Positions 39,374 to 52,999 of a stretch of DNA of 64,000 nt are shown here, one piece after another; the stretch's first letter is position 1; each line of letters begins with the position of its first letter. Position numbers and translations under genes: made by a program. Source of the stretch: Trichinella spiralis (lineage: Eukaryota); the NCBI RefSeq assembly GCF_000181795.1, contig NW_003526941.1, positions 6,757,051-6,821,050 of the forward strand. The letters run 5' to 3'. The notes under the pieces are model-generated. The model was not told the origin of the DNA and made no database searches. It worked only from the letters and a program-made list of their open reading frames with translations.

Positions 39374-39660
39374 TATACTTACCTTCACCCTGAACACTAC
39401 TAACCTTCACTGATGCATCACATTTATACCTTCACACTTATACTTACCTTCACACTTATACTTACCTTCACTCTAAACACTACTTACCTTCACACTTATA
39501 CTTACCTTCACCCTAAACACTACTTACCTTCACACTTATACTTACCTTCACCCTAAACACTACTTACCTTCACACTTATACTTACCTTCACATCTATTCT
39601 TACCTGACTTACCCTTAACTTGTTATACTACTTACCTTGTCTTTTTAGACCTACTTACCC
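39374..39660 (-). repeat. Array of about 12 TACTTACCT motifs (AGGTAAGTA on the minus strand), including a 40-bp minisatellite x3.5
   Basis: cacacttatacttaccttcaccctaaacactacttacctt is repeated at 39451, 39491, 39531 and partially at 39571, with further single motifs on either side. Confidence 0.92.
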
Positions 39661-41615
39661 ATAGCTTCCTTGTCTTTTTAGACTTAGATTTACACTAAAA
39701 TCTAGAAAACACTAGTACCAAACAATAATTATAAAAATTATAAAAAGCAATTATGAAAAAATTATGAAAAGCAAAATTATAACCTGAAAAACAAACGATA
39801 AAATTTACACTTTACAACATACAGTAGTGCTTTGTGATGACGTATTTATCGACGTGATTACGAATCTTTGTAAAAAAAATCCACATGTTCAATAACGGAT
39901 AGTTACCAAAGAATGCAATTTCATTCATCTATATCTAAACTTAATTTGATTCTAAAAATATTTGCAAAACAAGTGTGCACAAAAGTAAAGCATGTTAAAC
40001 AAAATTGATATAAAACAGCCATATTATAAAAAATCAATTGAAGACGAATAACAGTGCATCGTTGATCCTTAATTACTAAGTATACAAATTTGTAGAAAAA
40101 TTACTTGCTAGTCATACAACATGTCCTTCAGGATGCAAGCATCTCAACAGCTACGCGCTGAAATTTTCAATTAAACATCCTAAGCATGTGATAAGCAACA
40201 CCGCAGTGTGAATGAACACTATCACTCATCAATAAAAAACAAAATCTCTACTTACAAAATACTAAAACTTACCTACTCACATAATACTATACAAAAATAC
40301 TCACCATACGCAGTGATGGCAACACGCACTACCAAACTTGTATGATGTATCCGAAAACCAGTGCAAATCGACTATATATGCTACTATTACAATCATTATT
40401 TAATTATACCGTACCCCTGTGATAAGCGAAGCCACACAGATTTCTGGAACAATACTGAATAACGGCTTAAGCCAACTTAAACTTACGCACGAGTATGAAC
40501 GAGCTCGATGTTGATGATGCAATCCATTCCTATAATGGGCAAAATGTGTACTTATTTTTGTGATGGCACATTTAGAACGCATTGAAATAAAGGTGACATA
40601 CCATGTTGGCAAGAGCAACAGGAATGCCAAAACGTTTCAATTATGTTGACGTACACTACTTAATTCGATAACAAGAAGCATACAGGATCAGATATAAGTG
40701 TAATTAGAAGACATTAATAATAGTAACAGATTGTAGATACTCAATTACTTACAGATTTTTGTACATCTTTTCAATCCACTGAGGGAAACCCGAACCACCA
40801 TTAGAGAAAGATATTCAAGTTCATAGAAATAGTTGCACTGCCTTGACACAACCCATTGCTATAATAAAGTGCACAAAATTCATTCTTACTATGACGATGA
40901 AGAAAACCAGAAAGCGGAACTGTTGAGACACATGACTGATCACGGTAGAAACATGAACAGAGCAATAGTCGAACTAAAAAATAGATACTAAATAACACAG
41001 CAAAATAAAACATTGGATTACAAAATAAATGAAATTCAAATATCGTGATGCACTGTTATTCGGCTTTAATCACTTTTTATAATATGGCTGTTTCTCATAA
41101 GTCTCATTTCAACCGCTATCCTGTGTTCATACAAAGCGCAAGCAACGTAATACATAGAACAGAAATAAATATAGCTGCATTACGTCTTTGATGATATACC
41201 AATGAAGACAATTCAGCAAAAAATAAAGAAAGTTGAAATTATTTAATAAGTAATGAGTGTCATATAAACAGAATATTTTTTACCCACACTTTCCAGATAT
41301 TGCGTTGTATTATCTTGCACATCTAAAAATCTATATTTCTAATGTAAAATTCAAATTTCAAATTTACTAAAATCAAAGGCAACCAATCCACAATATTACT
41401 TACATTACGTTGCACGTACGAATACAATAACAGACGTGCTGCTGATGGCATTGCTAACTTGCAATCTAAATATCTCGCAAATAATCATTTTGCGCAGCTG
41501 CTTGTTGGCCATCATTTTTATTGAAATTTCACGGGAATAAACAAGATTGCAAATAAACAGCAGATGAAAATAATTACGAAGCAAAGTGGGATCATCTTCT
41601 CATGATAGGATTTTT

Positions 41616-44326
41616 TATATTCATTGATATGAATATAAAATAATGCAAATTCTAAAAGTGAATTATATTAATGCAATCATCTATAAATAAAAAACAGAAA
41701 TAGATACTTCTTCGTCTTCAGCATCTGATGCATCTAAAACCCAGCAATAATAACACTAGAAAGACACCCGCCAGTTTCCATTCACCATATATGTAAAGTA
41801 ACATGCATAGCATGCCACCACCAAAATACCAAAACCAACTCACCATTTATTCATGGATGGTGTTGAAGAGCGAACTTATAGTTGACCACGTGCTAGATTG
41901 ATAGCATTGCAGTGAACTGCATAACCTAATAAAATCAATGTGCTTGGTCAATTGTATAATAAGTAAATTATGCAAATGACTATTTACTTTGCTTCACGAA
42001 GAGCAACCTAATTTTCCATCAGTAATAGCGCACTAAAATGAACAATATGAGCAACATTATGAAACGAAACGATGAAATTTATTACGTTTCTATTTACACA
42101 CTTCATATTACTACGTAATATGGCATTGTTATGCAAATTTTTTTCCCTAAAATTACCTAAGAGGAAATATTATTAACCTGAAGCATCGCAAATTACTAAA
42201 AATAAACGGAAATGCTATCACTACGTATTTATGCATGTTGTATAATTTAGTTGCTTGAAAGTACAACGTGATTCAACAATTTATATTTCATCAATGTTTT
42301 TCATCTAATCAAAATTATATGGATCATAAAAAATAGCTTCCACTGAAAATAGTTTCGAAAATAAAATACTTTTTCAGATTTATGGAAAATTAAACAGTTG
42401 TCATGAAATTTTATGATGATAACGGCGACAGAAATTTTGTAATATACAATTTATCTCAGCACAGAATTTAACAAGTGCACAGCGTAGACATTATGATGGA
42501 AAGCAACTGCACCAGTGGGTATGCCACTTGACAGCTTATTTACTATTAAAATTTTGTTTTAACTAAACTTTTGTTTACACCTTATGATGATTTATAGTAA
42601 GACTGCAAACTTGGTTGAGCACTGTATCAGCGCGCCACATACAATGTGAGATAAACCTACCTGCATAAATTAAGTAACTCAACGATTTGCAATGAATTGA
42701 AGAAACTTATGCGGGTGACAATCCTGTATTGCATTTCATGAAAAGAATAAAACAAAAGAATCAGAAGTAGCCTGGATTTGGTTATATTGATGGTCGACAG
42801 CAATTATGAGAAATTAGATTTATATGAGATAAAAACAGCTAAGTGCTGTTCATTCAGCTCGAAATAGGGGGGGAGGGGCAGCATTTTCAAGTTTAAATGT
42901 AATCTCTGTTCAGCTTAGTATTATTACTCCCTCAATGATGGGGAATGATTAGAAAGGGCAAAGGGGGGCGGGACAGCATAGCAGGAAAGGAATGAGGGAG
43001 ACGTTGAGGTATGGGAGNGAGGTTGGAAGTTGTCATATGCTTTCTTCCACTCAATCTTCACGTATAATATTCAGGCGTAGGTTCATTTATCAATACTGAC
43101 AAACATTGATGGGCATTGAGTTATTTTCTCAATGACATAAAATAGGTGCATCTGTATAAGTCAGTGCTATTGGCGGTACAATAACATAATAAAAACTTAA
43201 AGGAGTCNATNTCAANAAATGAAGGGAACGTTACTGCCATTNGTGAAAATTATCCACANGGNGGTAGTATAAAANGTGTGTTCTNNTAGCTAACAGCAGC
43301 NTTTCNTTATGTCATGCTGAAACAATCTTGTACACGATTTGAGCAGTGACAAGCATTTAGGGGNTGCGATTGTGCGACTTTAGTATCCCCGTGACAGACA
43401 TCTTAATTTAAACAATTNGGGCAAGTATGCTACCTNTAGCAATAAACAATACAGTGGACAGTAAAAGATAATGCGGGAGGGGTTCAAACTGCTATGTCAT
43501 GAGAGTACAAGTGTTACAAATGGATTTGTAAGGACTATTGAAAAATTATAGCAAAATATACCATTAGTGCTATTATATATTGGGATTTGTCCGTAATAAA
43601 AGTCTCGAAATATTAGTGGAAACATCATTTACTGAAGAACAAACACGCTAGTTTTCCANTTCNAAAAAGACTAAAATCNAAACAACTACGAANAAGCTTA
43701 AAAAGCGCNGCATNGTTTNAGTGCAGTGTGCCAAGAGACAGAAAGAAAACATTATATGAAAAATAGCAAATATATGAAATTTCATACCTGTCACCAGACC
43801 TGTGAGGGATGACGTATGAAGCAAACGTATAGTCATACATTTTGTAACTGATGTTCGTGGTTTCTTCATATTTCTGTCTAACAATCACAACGTATTTGTT
43901 GAACTGAACCATGAAAATGACCAAATAACGCAGTGCAGTAAGTAATTAGACCGCCCTTCAGCAGCGAACATTTATACTATAGAGCAGTTCTCTCAATAAA
44001 CAGAAATTTATATAAGGAACATTGCTACCGTATTTGAATAACACAAAGTGCACGTAGCGGAATGCCAACGGCAGTGTTTACCATCACATTTGCATGAAGT
44101 TACTCTTCTGACCTAGAAATGCATGTTTGCTTTGAAAACGTATAATAACAATGTAATGAGCCAATACCAAAGATTGTAGTAATTGATGAACAACAACAAA
44201 GTCCTCATTACGTTACAGATGAAAGTCTCTGTCTATCACAAATAATGTTAAGGCGTAAATTAAAAAAGTATAAAATACTGTCTCACGTAGATGCGGCTGT
44301 ACTAGCACGATGATAATACTTTGCAG
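41616..44326 (-). repeat. Right arm of the large inverted repeat
   Basis: Reverse complement of 33734-36388. The inner part is nearly identical, the outer part clearly diverged. It contains low-quality n bases at 43.0-43.7 kb. Confidence 0.92.
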
Positions 44327-45008
44327 TGTTACGCAAAATTCATTCATTAATTTGAAGGAACTGATTGTTCAGTGAACATTTCAATCAGACTTTGATCAAC
44401 CATTTTGAAAAGAAGAGAAATGAAAGCAAAAAAATAGAATATTTGCAAAACATAACATTTACTGGAAACCCAAAAATAATGAATTGATAATTAAATGTAA
44501 TGCACAGGCTGAGTTGAAGTACTTAAAATTTGTATCACGGTTTCTATCAACATTGTTATCTTATACGCGCCGACAAAATACAGAAGCTAATTATTAAAAA
44601 TTTATAGATTTTGCCCACTCAAACTTTACATCGTGCACTAATGCACATTCATTTACTGATTCCAATGAAAAATATTCTGCAACCGTTTCAGAAAACATCA
44701 TTCATTTTTTCAAAAGCAGCAAAGGTTATTGCAACTGAAAATTCAGATATCGAAGAAGGATCATTTTTATAGAATTCACTAGGCTCAATTAAATTTAATA
44801 AACATGGTGAAATCTGACGGCACAATTCCTTCTAGTGAATTCTTCATAAAAGTGATGTTGGTGAATTGGGTTGTAAGTGCTGATTTCTACCTCCTAGCTT
44901 TATACTCATTGCCAGTGTACATGAATTACAACATCAACCTGCAGTGGAATCAGCAGCGTGCCGCCTCTTCTGACAATTTCATGAAAGTGCTTATTTTCCC
45001 GTATATAT

Positions 45009-47421
45009 AAATTGAATTACTTTATGAAGAAAAAATACGCTTTCAAGAGAGAAAAAGAGATTTGCAAGAAAAAGCGCAAATTTTCCATTATATATGCAGT
45101 ACTTCCATCAACGAACAGCACCAATCTGAAGTGATTTCAAATAAATCAACAAAACGAACAATAACTGAACAACTACCGTGGAATTTTTCATTTCACTCAT
45201 TTATATTAATAATTGCAAATTCACGCGTGCGTATATTTTGTAGCGCTTTAATTATCTATAACAACCAGAGATGGTATTTAAATATAATCGTGTCAAAACC
45301 GAAAATAGAATCAGTGGCTCAATAACTGCGTGGTAGCATTTTATTCTGCTTTGATTGGCCAGTTCAGATTTGTAAAACTGTTTTCCCTGTTCGATTATTG
45401 AACGCACAACATTATCATTACTTTACATACAGTAAGTAATACGTTTAAAAATTTTTGTTTAAAATTAAAAGTTTAAATATACGAAAAATAATGTTGTGCT
45501 GTGTGTTGATTTTCATATACGTGCGAAGTGATTTTTGAAACTGATCTGCTTGAAAAAGTGCTGCAAGAATGTGGTGAAACAACTTTCAGAAATATCCACA
45601 GTTTTATAATTGGAATAGGCATTGAAAACTGCTGAGCTGCTGACACCTCATCAAAAAATTTCCGATTTCATTTAATTAAATTTGAAATAAGATCAGTTAA
45701 ACAAAAGCACAATCCAGTACAGCACAAATAAAACTTGAAAATCAAACTGATAAAATCACATATTTCATGGCTAACATCAGCCAGCGAAGCGAACTTCAAA
45801 TCATTCAAACATTAAAGCAACGTTTGTTTATACAAAATGTAAACAACCAGTTTTGTTTAAAGTGTTTTAGTTTAAATTACGGAGGGTTTTGAAGTTTGAG
45901 TTTCGGTTTCGTAAAGTTTCGAATTTGAGTGTGCAAAGTGCCAGTGTATGTATGTGTCCGTGTGCGCAAGTGTGGCATGGCTTTGAAAATGGTAATGCGT
46001 TGTTTTGAATATTTCACATTAATATTTTCACATAGATTCTACAATTTTAAGTAAGCAACATTTAAAAAAAGCATAAAATATCAGTTTGCATTTTTACAAA
46101 TTATTGAATCGATAAATTACCTAGCTATAAGAAACTATTTCATAAAAGACTTGTTTAATTAATTGTAAAGAAAAATACTATTAAATAAAAAAATACTTCT
46201 CGATATGCTTCATAAATTGAGAATCCTGTTTAACAATTATCTGATATATTACTTTCAGGCGAAAAAAGATTCCATTATTATTGTACTACTGTTGGCCATT
46301 TGCTATGGTAGTGTGTTAGATGAACCAGAAAATGATTCTTGTCCAGTCGATAAATATAATTTCATTCTTAAAGGCGGGAAAAGGCATCCTAAATCATGCA
46401 CAACATTTGTACCTTCAAGTAGGATGTACGAGAGTCCTGACAATTCGACACCAACTTTAATACCGATCAAACCAAATAACAACAGTTTACTGGACAACAT
46501 GCATGAATTTTGCCAACGGAATTTCAAAAATGGCATTCCACTGTCATATATAAACAAAACTGCCTATAAATATCACAAATTTTACACATACACGAAAGGT
46601 AAGGCATCGGTGCATTCTGCGGTAGAGGTTTCTAAAACGGACGGACCTCATTATTTAAAGAGAAATGACAATTCTAGTAATAATATGAAAGACCACGCTT
46701 GTTACATGAATACCGCTAGATACTTTGATGCGCTCAGAGACATGATAAGCACAAAAGAAATGGAACGCTGCTACGCCACTTATGGCGATTATGTTTTCTG
46801 GGATACAGAAAGCGCAATTACACCTGAGTGGTGGCAGGATTATTCACGTATTATGAGCATTTTTGAATCACATAGATCACATGATGCAAACTGCAGGTGC
46901 ATGCAACTATCCAACAACAATGAAGAGTACACTTTCAGTTCAACAGTACAGAAATGTTCCATTGAGAATTGTCAGTATTTTGCTTGCATATCTTCAAGTT
47001 ACAATAACTGTGTAGACGAAAAAATTGAACAATGTACATTTGCACCTAATGAAAACATATGCCGAGAATACACTTATGTACGCCACCAAGAAGCCGATAT
47101 ACCGTATGGAAAAGAATGCCCTGAACGTGATTATGGAGAAATATGCGAGTGTCCTTGTTCAGACCTAGAGTGGTCAGAGTGGTCTGCAAAAAGTACAACT
47201 TGCGGTCCATACACAAGAGAACGGTATAAAGTCGTAAAAGGATTCGAAAATGTCGAAGTGGACTGTACACAAGAAAGATACAAATGCTGCTTTTCTACTG
47301 AAGAAGGATTGCAAACTGATTGTAAAGATTTTTTTATCAACTCCAACAAAACCATAATGGAACATAATGAAACATGTACAAAAAATGATGGGACGATAAT
47401 TAAAACCGAGGCTGGTTATTT
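45009..47421 (+). repeat. Segmental duplicate of 792-3204
   Basis: Offset 44217. Identity begins at aaattgaattactttatg and runs to the gap at 47426. Confidence 0.95.
45977..47421 (+). CDS. Copy B of the lectin-like/EGF membrane protein gene (partial, cut by an assembly gap)
   Basis: Same exon 1 (45977-45991) and an open exon 2 from 46259, with no frameshift or stop before the N-gap. About 35 amino-acid differences from copy A. Confidence 0.8.
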
Positions 47422-47580
47422 GAATNNNNNNNNNNTAACCTTTGTTGTTTTTTGGGTTTTTCGAAAGTGGGCTTTTATTTAAAAATTTCGTTTCTTTTTA
47501 TATATTTTGCTACCGTTTGATGAATTAGAAAGTTCTAGAAAGTTCCATGGGAAACTAACTCGTACTTGTTGAATAAATGG

Positions 47581-49753
47581 ACTCTAAATTTTGCATGCGC
47601 CTATCGTAATACACAGGAAGGCATCCCATCTGGAACTGCCTTGAAACGGGTTCAGGATGGTTGAATTTTGGTATAGGAAACGTATTTTACATTATAGTGA
47701 GGTATTCGATGAAACTGCGTTGTCTTTTGCGATAATTATTTGTTTTGTGCAAGTCGATTTTTCTTCATTTTTCGTCCATTTGGAATAAATTTATAGACAT
47801 TGTTTCAGGACGGTTTGAAATGCCCATAAAATCTTCCATTTATTAGTTTCCTATTAGTTTATTTCATTTATTCGACCAGTAGAATTGAATTTCTCAATCT
47901 GTTGCTGTCAACATTTATTAATACCTGAGTGTGTATCGTACCACTTGGATATTTTTTATTTCATTATAAAACAATCATTTCATTTATTTCTATGCTGTTC
48001 ATGAAATTAAATACTCATTTAGCATCTCAACGATTCAAATAATGTGGCTGTTTGATTCAATTTTTGCTCAGTTCATTACAATCAAATGACGTTTATGTAA
48101 ATCGCTTTGAATGTTTTTTTTTGTCAAAATGATTGATTACAAATGGTGAAAATAAAATAAAATAACAAATTATGACAAACTAATTCACCCATGCATGGCA
48201 TTTATTTTAATCTTTCAAGATATATGCACATAAGCTCAGTAGAACAAAGGCCTACCTCTAAGGAACACAAATGTATTATTCAATTCTTTCTTCATATATG
48301 ATAACAGTACTGTACAAGTATTTATTACAGAAACTAACAATAATACTCAATTGATTATTTAATGAGATATTTGACAAAATTGCATGTTAGCAAAGGTGTC
48401 ATTTACAGAGGGAAAGAATGCATGATTCCGTGAAAACTGTAAATAAAACGTTTTATTTTCAATAATTCTTATTAGAGTATCATATTTAATCAACTGAATT
48501 GCGTAAATAAAAATTTAGATTTCAATGGGGTTCTGTATTACAAAAGTGAAATTCATGCACAAATGTTATTGGAATCAGCCACTTTTGCCCGCGGGTATTT
48601 GTTCAAATATTTGTATAAATGCTAATGAAATGCAATTATAGGTTGTATTATCAAGCGCGCAGGTTTCTTTCCATCTCTGACGTCCCCACTAAAATCGCAT
48701 CATTGTTCAACTTTTTTGCAATATCTCGGCAAATACGCGTTGTACGACGGCAAANNNNNNNNNNGAAACGTCTTGCATTATCGTGAGATATCGTGAAATG
48801 CGAAGTCTGTGCAATATTCGTTGTTTGGAGCAAGTCGATTTTCTCATTTTTCGTCCATCTGGAATAAATTTATAGAAATGTTTAAGGACGGTTGAAATGC
48901 CCATAAAATCTTCCATTGATTACTTTCCTATTAGTTTATTTCATTTATTCGACCAGTAGAACTGAATTTCTCAATCTGTAGCTGTCAACATTTATTAATA
49001 CCTGAGTGTCTATCCTGCGACTTGGATATTTTTTATTTCATTAAAAACCAGTCATTTCGTTGATTTCTATGCTGTTCATGATCTTTTGGATTCATTTAGC
49101 ATCTCAACGATACAAATAATGCGGCTGTTTGATTCAATTTTTGTTCAGTTCATTACAATGAAATGACGTTTATGTAAATCGCTTTGAATGTTGTTTTTTT
49201 GTCAAAATGATTGATTACAAATGGTGAAAATAAAATAAAATAACAAATTATGACAAACTAATTCACCCATGCATGGCATTTATTCTAATCTTTCAAGATA
49301 TATGCATATAAGCTCAGTAGAACAAAGGCCTGCCTCTAAGGAACATAAATGTATTACTGAATTCTTTCTTCATATATGAGAACAGTATTGTACAATTATT
49401 AATTACAAAAACTAACAATAATACTCAATTGATTATTTTAATGAGATATTTGACAGAAGTCGCAATGTTAGCAAAAGGTTGTTCATTTACAAGAGGCGAA
49501 AGAATGCATGATTTCCCGTGAAAAATGTAAAATAATAAACGTTTTTATTTTTCAATAATTCTTATTAGAGTATCATATTTAATCAAGCTGAATTGCGTAA
49601 ATAAGAATTTAGATTTCAATGGGGTTCTGTATTACAAAAGTGAAATTCATGCACAAATGTTATCTGGAATCAGCCATCTTTTGCCCCGCGGGCATTTGTT
49701 CAAATATTTGTATAAAATGCTAATGAAAATGCAATTATAGGGATGTATTATCA
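47581..49753 (+). repeat. Tandem duplication of a non-coding unit of about 1 kb (about 47700-48653 and 48790-49753)
   Basis: gcaagtcgattt(t)tc..catttttcgtccat at 47749 and 48830, continuing to gg(t/a)tgtattatca at 48641 and 49741. The copies differ by many substitutions and are separated by an N-gap. Confidence 0.85.
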
Positions 49754-49763
49754 NNNNNNNNNN

Positions 49764-50975
49764 GGCGGTACAATAACATAATAAAAACTTAAAGGAGTCA
49801 TTTCAAAAATGAAGGGAACGTTACTGATATTGTGAAAATATCACAGGTGGTAGTATAAAAGTGTGTTCTCTAGCTAACAGCAGGTTTCCTATGTCATGCT
49901 GAAACAATCTTGTGCATGATTTGAGCAGTGACAAGCGTTTAGGGGTGCGATTGCTCGACTTCAGTATCCCGGTGACAGACATTTCCTTTAAACAACTGGG
50001 CAAGTATGTTACCTTAGCAATAAACATTACAGTGGGCAGTAAAGATAATGCGGGAGGGGTTCAACTGCTATGTCAGAGTACTACTTTACAAATGGATTTG
50101 TAAGGACGATTGAAAATTATAGCAAAATATACCATTAGTACTATTATATATTGGCTTGGCCGTAATAAAGGCTCGAATATTAGTTGAACATCATTACTGA
50201 AGAACAACACGCTAGTTTCCATTCAAAAAGACTAAAATCAAACAACTACGAAAAGCTTAAAAAGCGCGCATGTTTTGTGCAGTGTGCCAAGAGAAAGAAA
50301 GAAAACATTGTATGAAAAATAGAAAATATATGAAATTTCATACCTGTCAGCAGACCTGTCAGGGATGACGTATAAAGCAAACATAGAGTCATACATTTTG
50401 TAACAGATGTTCGTGGTTTCTTCATATTTTTAGTCGAACAATCACAACGTATTTGTTGAACTGAACCATGAAAATGACTGAATAACGCAACGCAGTAAGT
50501 AATTAGACCGCCCTTCAGCAGCGAGCATTTATACTATAGTGCAGTGCTCTCAATAAACAGAAATTTATATAAGGAACATTGCTACCGTATTTGAATAACA
50601 CACAGTGCACGTAGCGGAATGCCAACGGCAGTGTTTACCATCACATTTGCATAAAGTTACTCTTCTGACCTAGAAATGCATGTATGATTTGAAAACGTAT
50701 AGTAACAATGTAATGAGCCAACACCAAAGATTATAATAATTGCTGAACAACAACAAAATCCTGAATACGTTACAGATCAAAGCCACTATCTATCACAAAT
50801 AATATTATGGCGTAAATTAAAGCAGTATAAAATAGTGTCTTACGTAAATGGGGTTGCACTGGCACGATAATAATATGTCGCAATATTTAGCAAAATTCAT
50901 TCATTAATTTAAAGGAACTGATTGTTTCGTGAATATTTCAATCAGACTTTGATCAACCATTTTGAAAAGAAAAAA
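49764..50975 (-). repeat. Third copy of the outer palindrome arm (direct repeat of 43172-44412)
   Basis: ggcggtacaataacataataaaaacttaaaggagtc through gatcaaccattttgaaaaga is shared with 43172-44412. ORFs 49821/49912 mirror 34581/34505. Confidence 0.9.
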
Positions 50976-52999
50976 AGAAAAAAGCACTAAACTCCCCGCA
51001 CATCTGAGGCAGGTAAAACAACTAAGTCTCACCCGCGTCTTCAGCGCGGAAAGCCTAGGCTTTATAATAATTGAAAAGTTAATCAATAGAAAATATAATT
51101 TACCAAATGTCAATGATTATGCGAAATTTGAGAAAAAATAATAGAATGTGATAATAAACTTAAGTAACTTTGAATCTTTCTAAAGATGAAGTTTCACGTT
51201 TTATTTGTTCCATTCTTTAAACCTGTGATAATGATATTAAATCAAAACTGTCCTCACTTTATCACAAAGTAGAATTATAACAAATATAATAATTAACTGC
51301 TATTTAATTAAAAAGGAATCGTTTACGAAATAAATATACAAAGCTTTGAAAAAATAACAAGCAGAAAAGTAGAATACTTGTCAGTAATTCTGAAACCGAC
51401 TTCAGCAGCTACTTAACGCCCGTAATGAACTCAGAGAACGTTCAACGATGCTACCAATTGCCACGTAAATTAAACAAACAAACGCACCCTTACTAATGAT
51501 AAGGCAGCGTTATAGCGATACTTATTTGCATAATGCAGCGTTAAAAACCGGTTTTTAGTGCGTCTGAACTTTTGGCTGAAGATAAAGTCTAACCTAAGCC
51601 ATAATATGAGCAGAAGAAATGCACTGCTAAATTCTACCAATAAGGAAAGGACTATTTGAAAATTCAAAAATGACCTTGACATTTCCAATTCAGTCAAAAT
51701 ATAAACTATCTGGCAGAAAACACCATAATAAAAACATTGATATAGTCAAAACCCACCTACGTATGTCTAAAAATTTTCTTATGTCAGAAAAGCAAGTAGC
51801 TTAAATGAAGCTAATTTTAAGTGAAAAATTTGCTGGCAAAAGCCATAGAGAATTCTTCATAGAGAATATATTGAAAAAGTATGCTCAATATCGATTCTCA
51901 ATTGTATTGTTAAGTGATTAAGACTTAAAAGTGATGAAACTGCCACTTACTGCTAAATTCGTCATCTTCTCATCGTTAATGTTCATTATCTTTGGATGTT
52001 GATTGCAAAATTATTTTTCAGAAATTATTCCAAAAAATAATAATGAATAAAAAGCAAATTTAGTGTTTGGCACTTTGATGTTGGCTTTCAGTAAATTTTC
52101 CAATCAAAACGCACTACTACAATCATACACGGACGGCATCAAACTAAAATTATTACCAATGTGTCAACAAAGCGAACGTCCTCGCATGCAAATTTTTATT
52201 TCATTCGTTTCTGCTGATAAATACGACTGCTGTATATTTTTCATAGCGCTTTATTGACTTAACTAATGCAATCTGTATGAGGGGAAAATTTAATTGCAGC
52301 TTTACCAAACATATAAACATTTCTCTCCATTACAAGAATAAAATAAATTTAGAACCATCGAATAACTGATTGCAATACTTTCATTGCATTGAACTGGAAT
52401 ACGGCCAAGAAACATGAGCGACAAGACAAAATGATTATTAGCATAAATGCGCAAACTTACCAATGGAATAATGGAACTTCTTTTGAAATCAAATCACCTG
52501 TCGTCTCAAATTCCGCCTACTTCACACAATTTATCACTGTTCTTGAACTGCGTTAATTGATTTGGGCATACCATGGCTGTGGCCAATGTTGAGCTGTTAT
52601 TTTTATTATAAAACTGCTACACTGTCAAAGTAGCAAATTGACATTTTGAAATAGCCAAAAAATCGATCAGTGCAAATTACAGGAATAATAAATAAATTTC
52701 GAATTATACTTTGTTACAGCATGTTTTGAAAATCAGGTTCACATTTACAGGAAGTGGGTGATTTTTTTTTGATTATAGCATTTCTAGCAAAATTGGAACA
52801 TTGTTGAAATTGCACGCTTGTATTGTTTGTCGAATTTGAACAGAATAGATTTATTTTGATTTTGTAACAAAAATACACAGTGTATACAAATTTTCCATCT
52901 GCTTCCAAGTTTCTTAGCACATGAGAGAAAGTTCCCAAACTTTTTCTCGTATTTATCCGACAAAGAAAAAAGTAAGCTTGAAAACTTCCAGCTTGAACA

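Noticed and set aside
39374..39660. U1 snRNA genes, SL RNA genes or a CRISPR-like array
   Set aside because: Only the 9-10-nt U1 5' end matches, with no U1 body or Sm site. There is no recognisable spliced-leader structure. The intervening sequences are repeated, not unique spacers, and the context is eukaryotic.
38441..39829. CACTA transposon (cacta at 38441, tagtg at 39825)
   Set aside because: The inverted match does not extend beyond 5 bp and there is no 3-bp TSD (gag vs ctt).
33734..44326. Mitochondrial insertion or Maverick/viral element
   Set aside because: No mitochondrial genes, tRNAs, integrase, polymerase or capsid ORFs between or within the arms.
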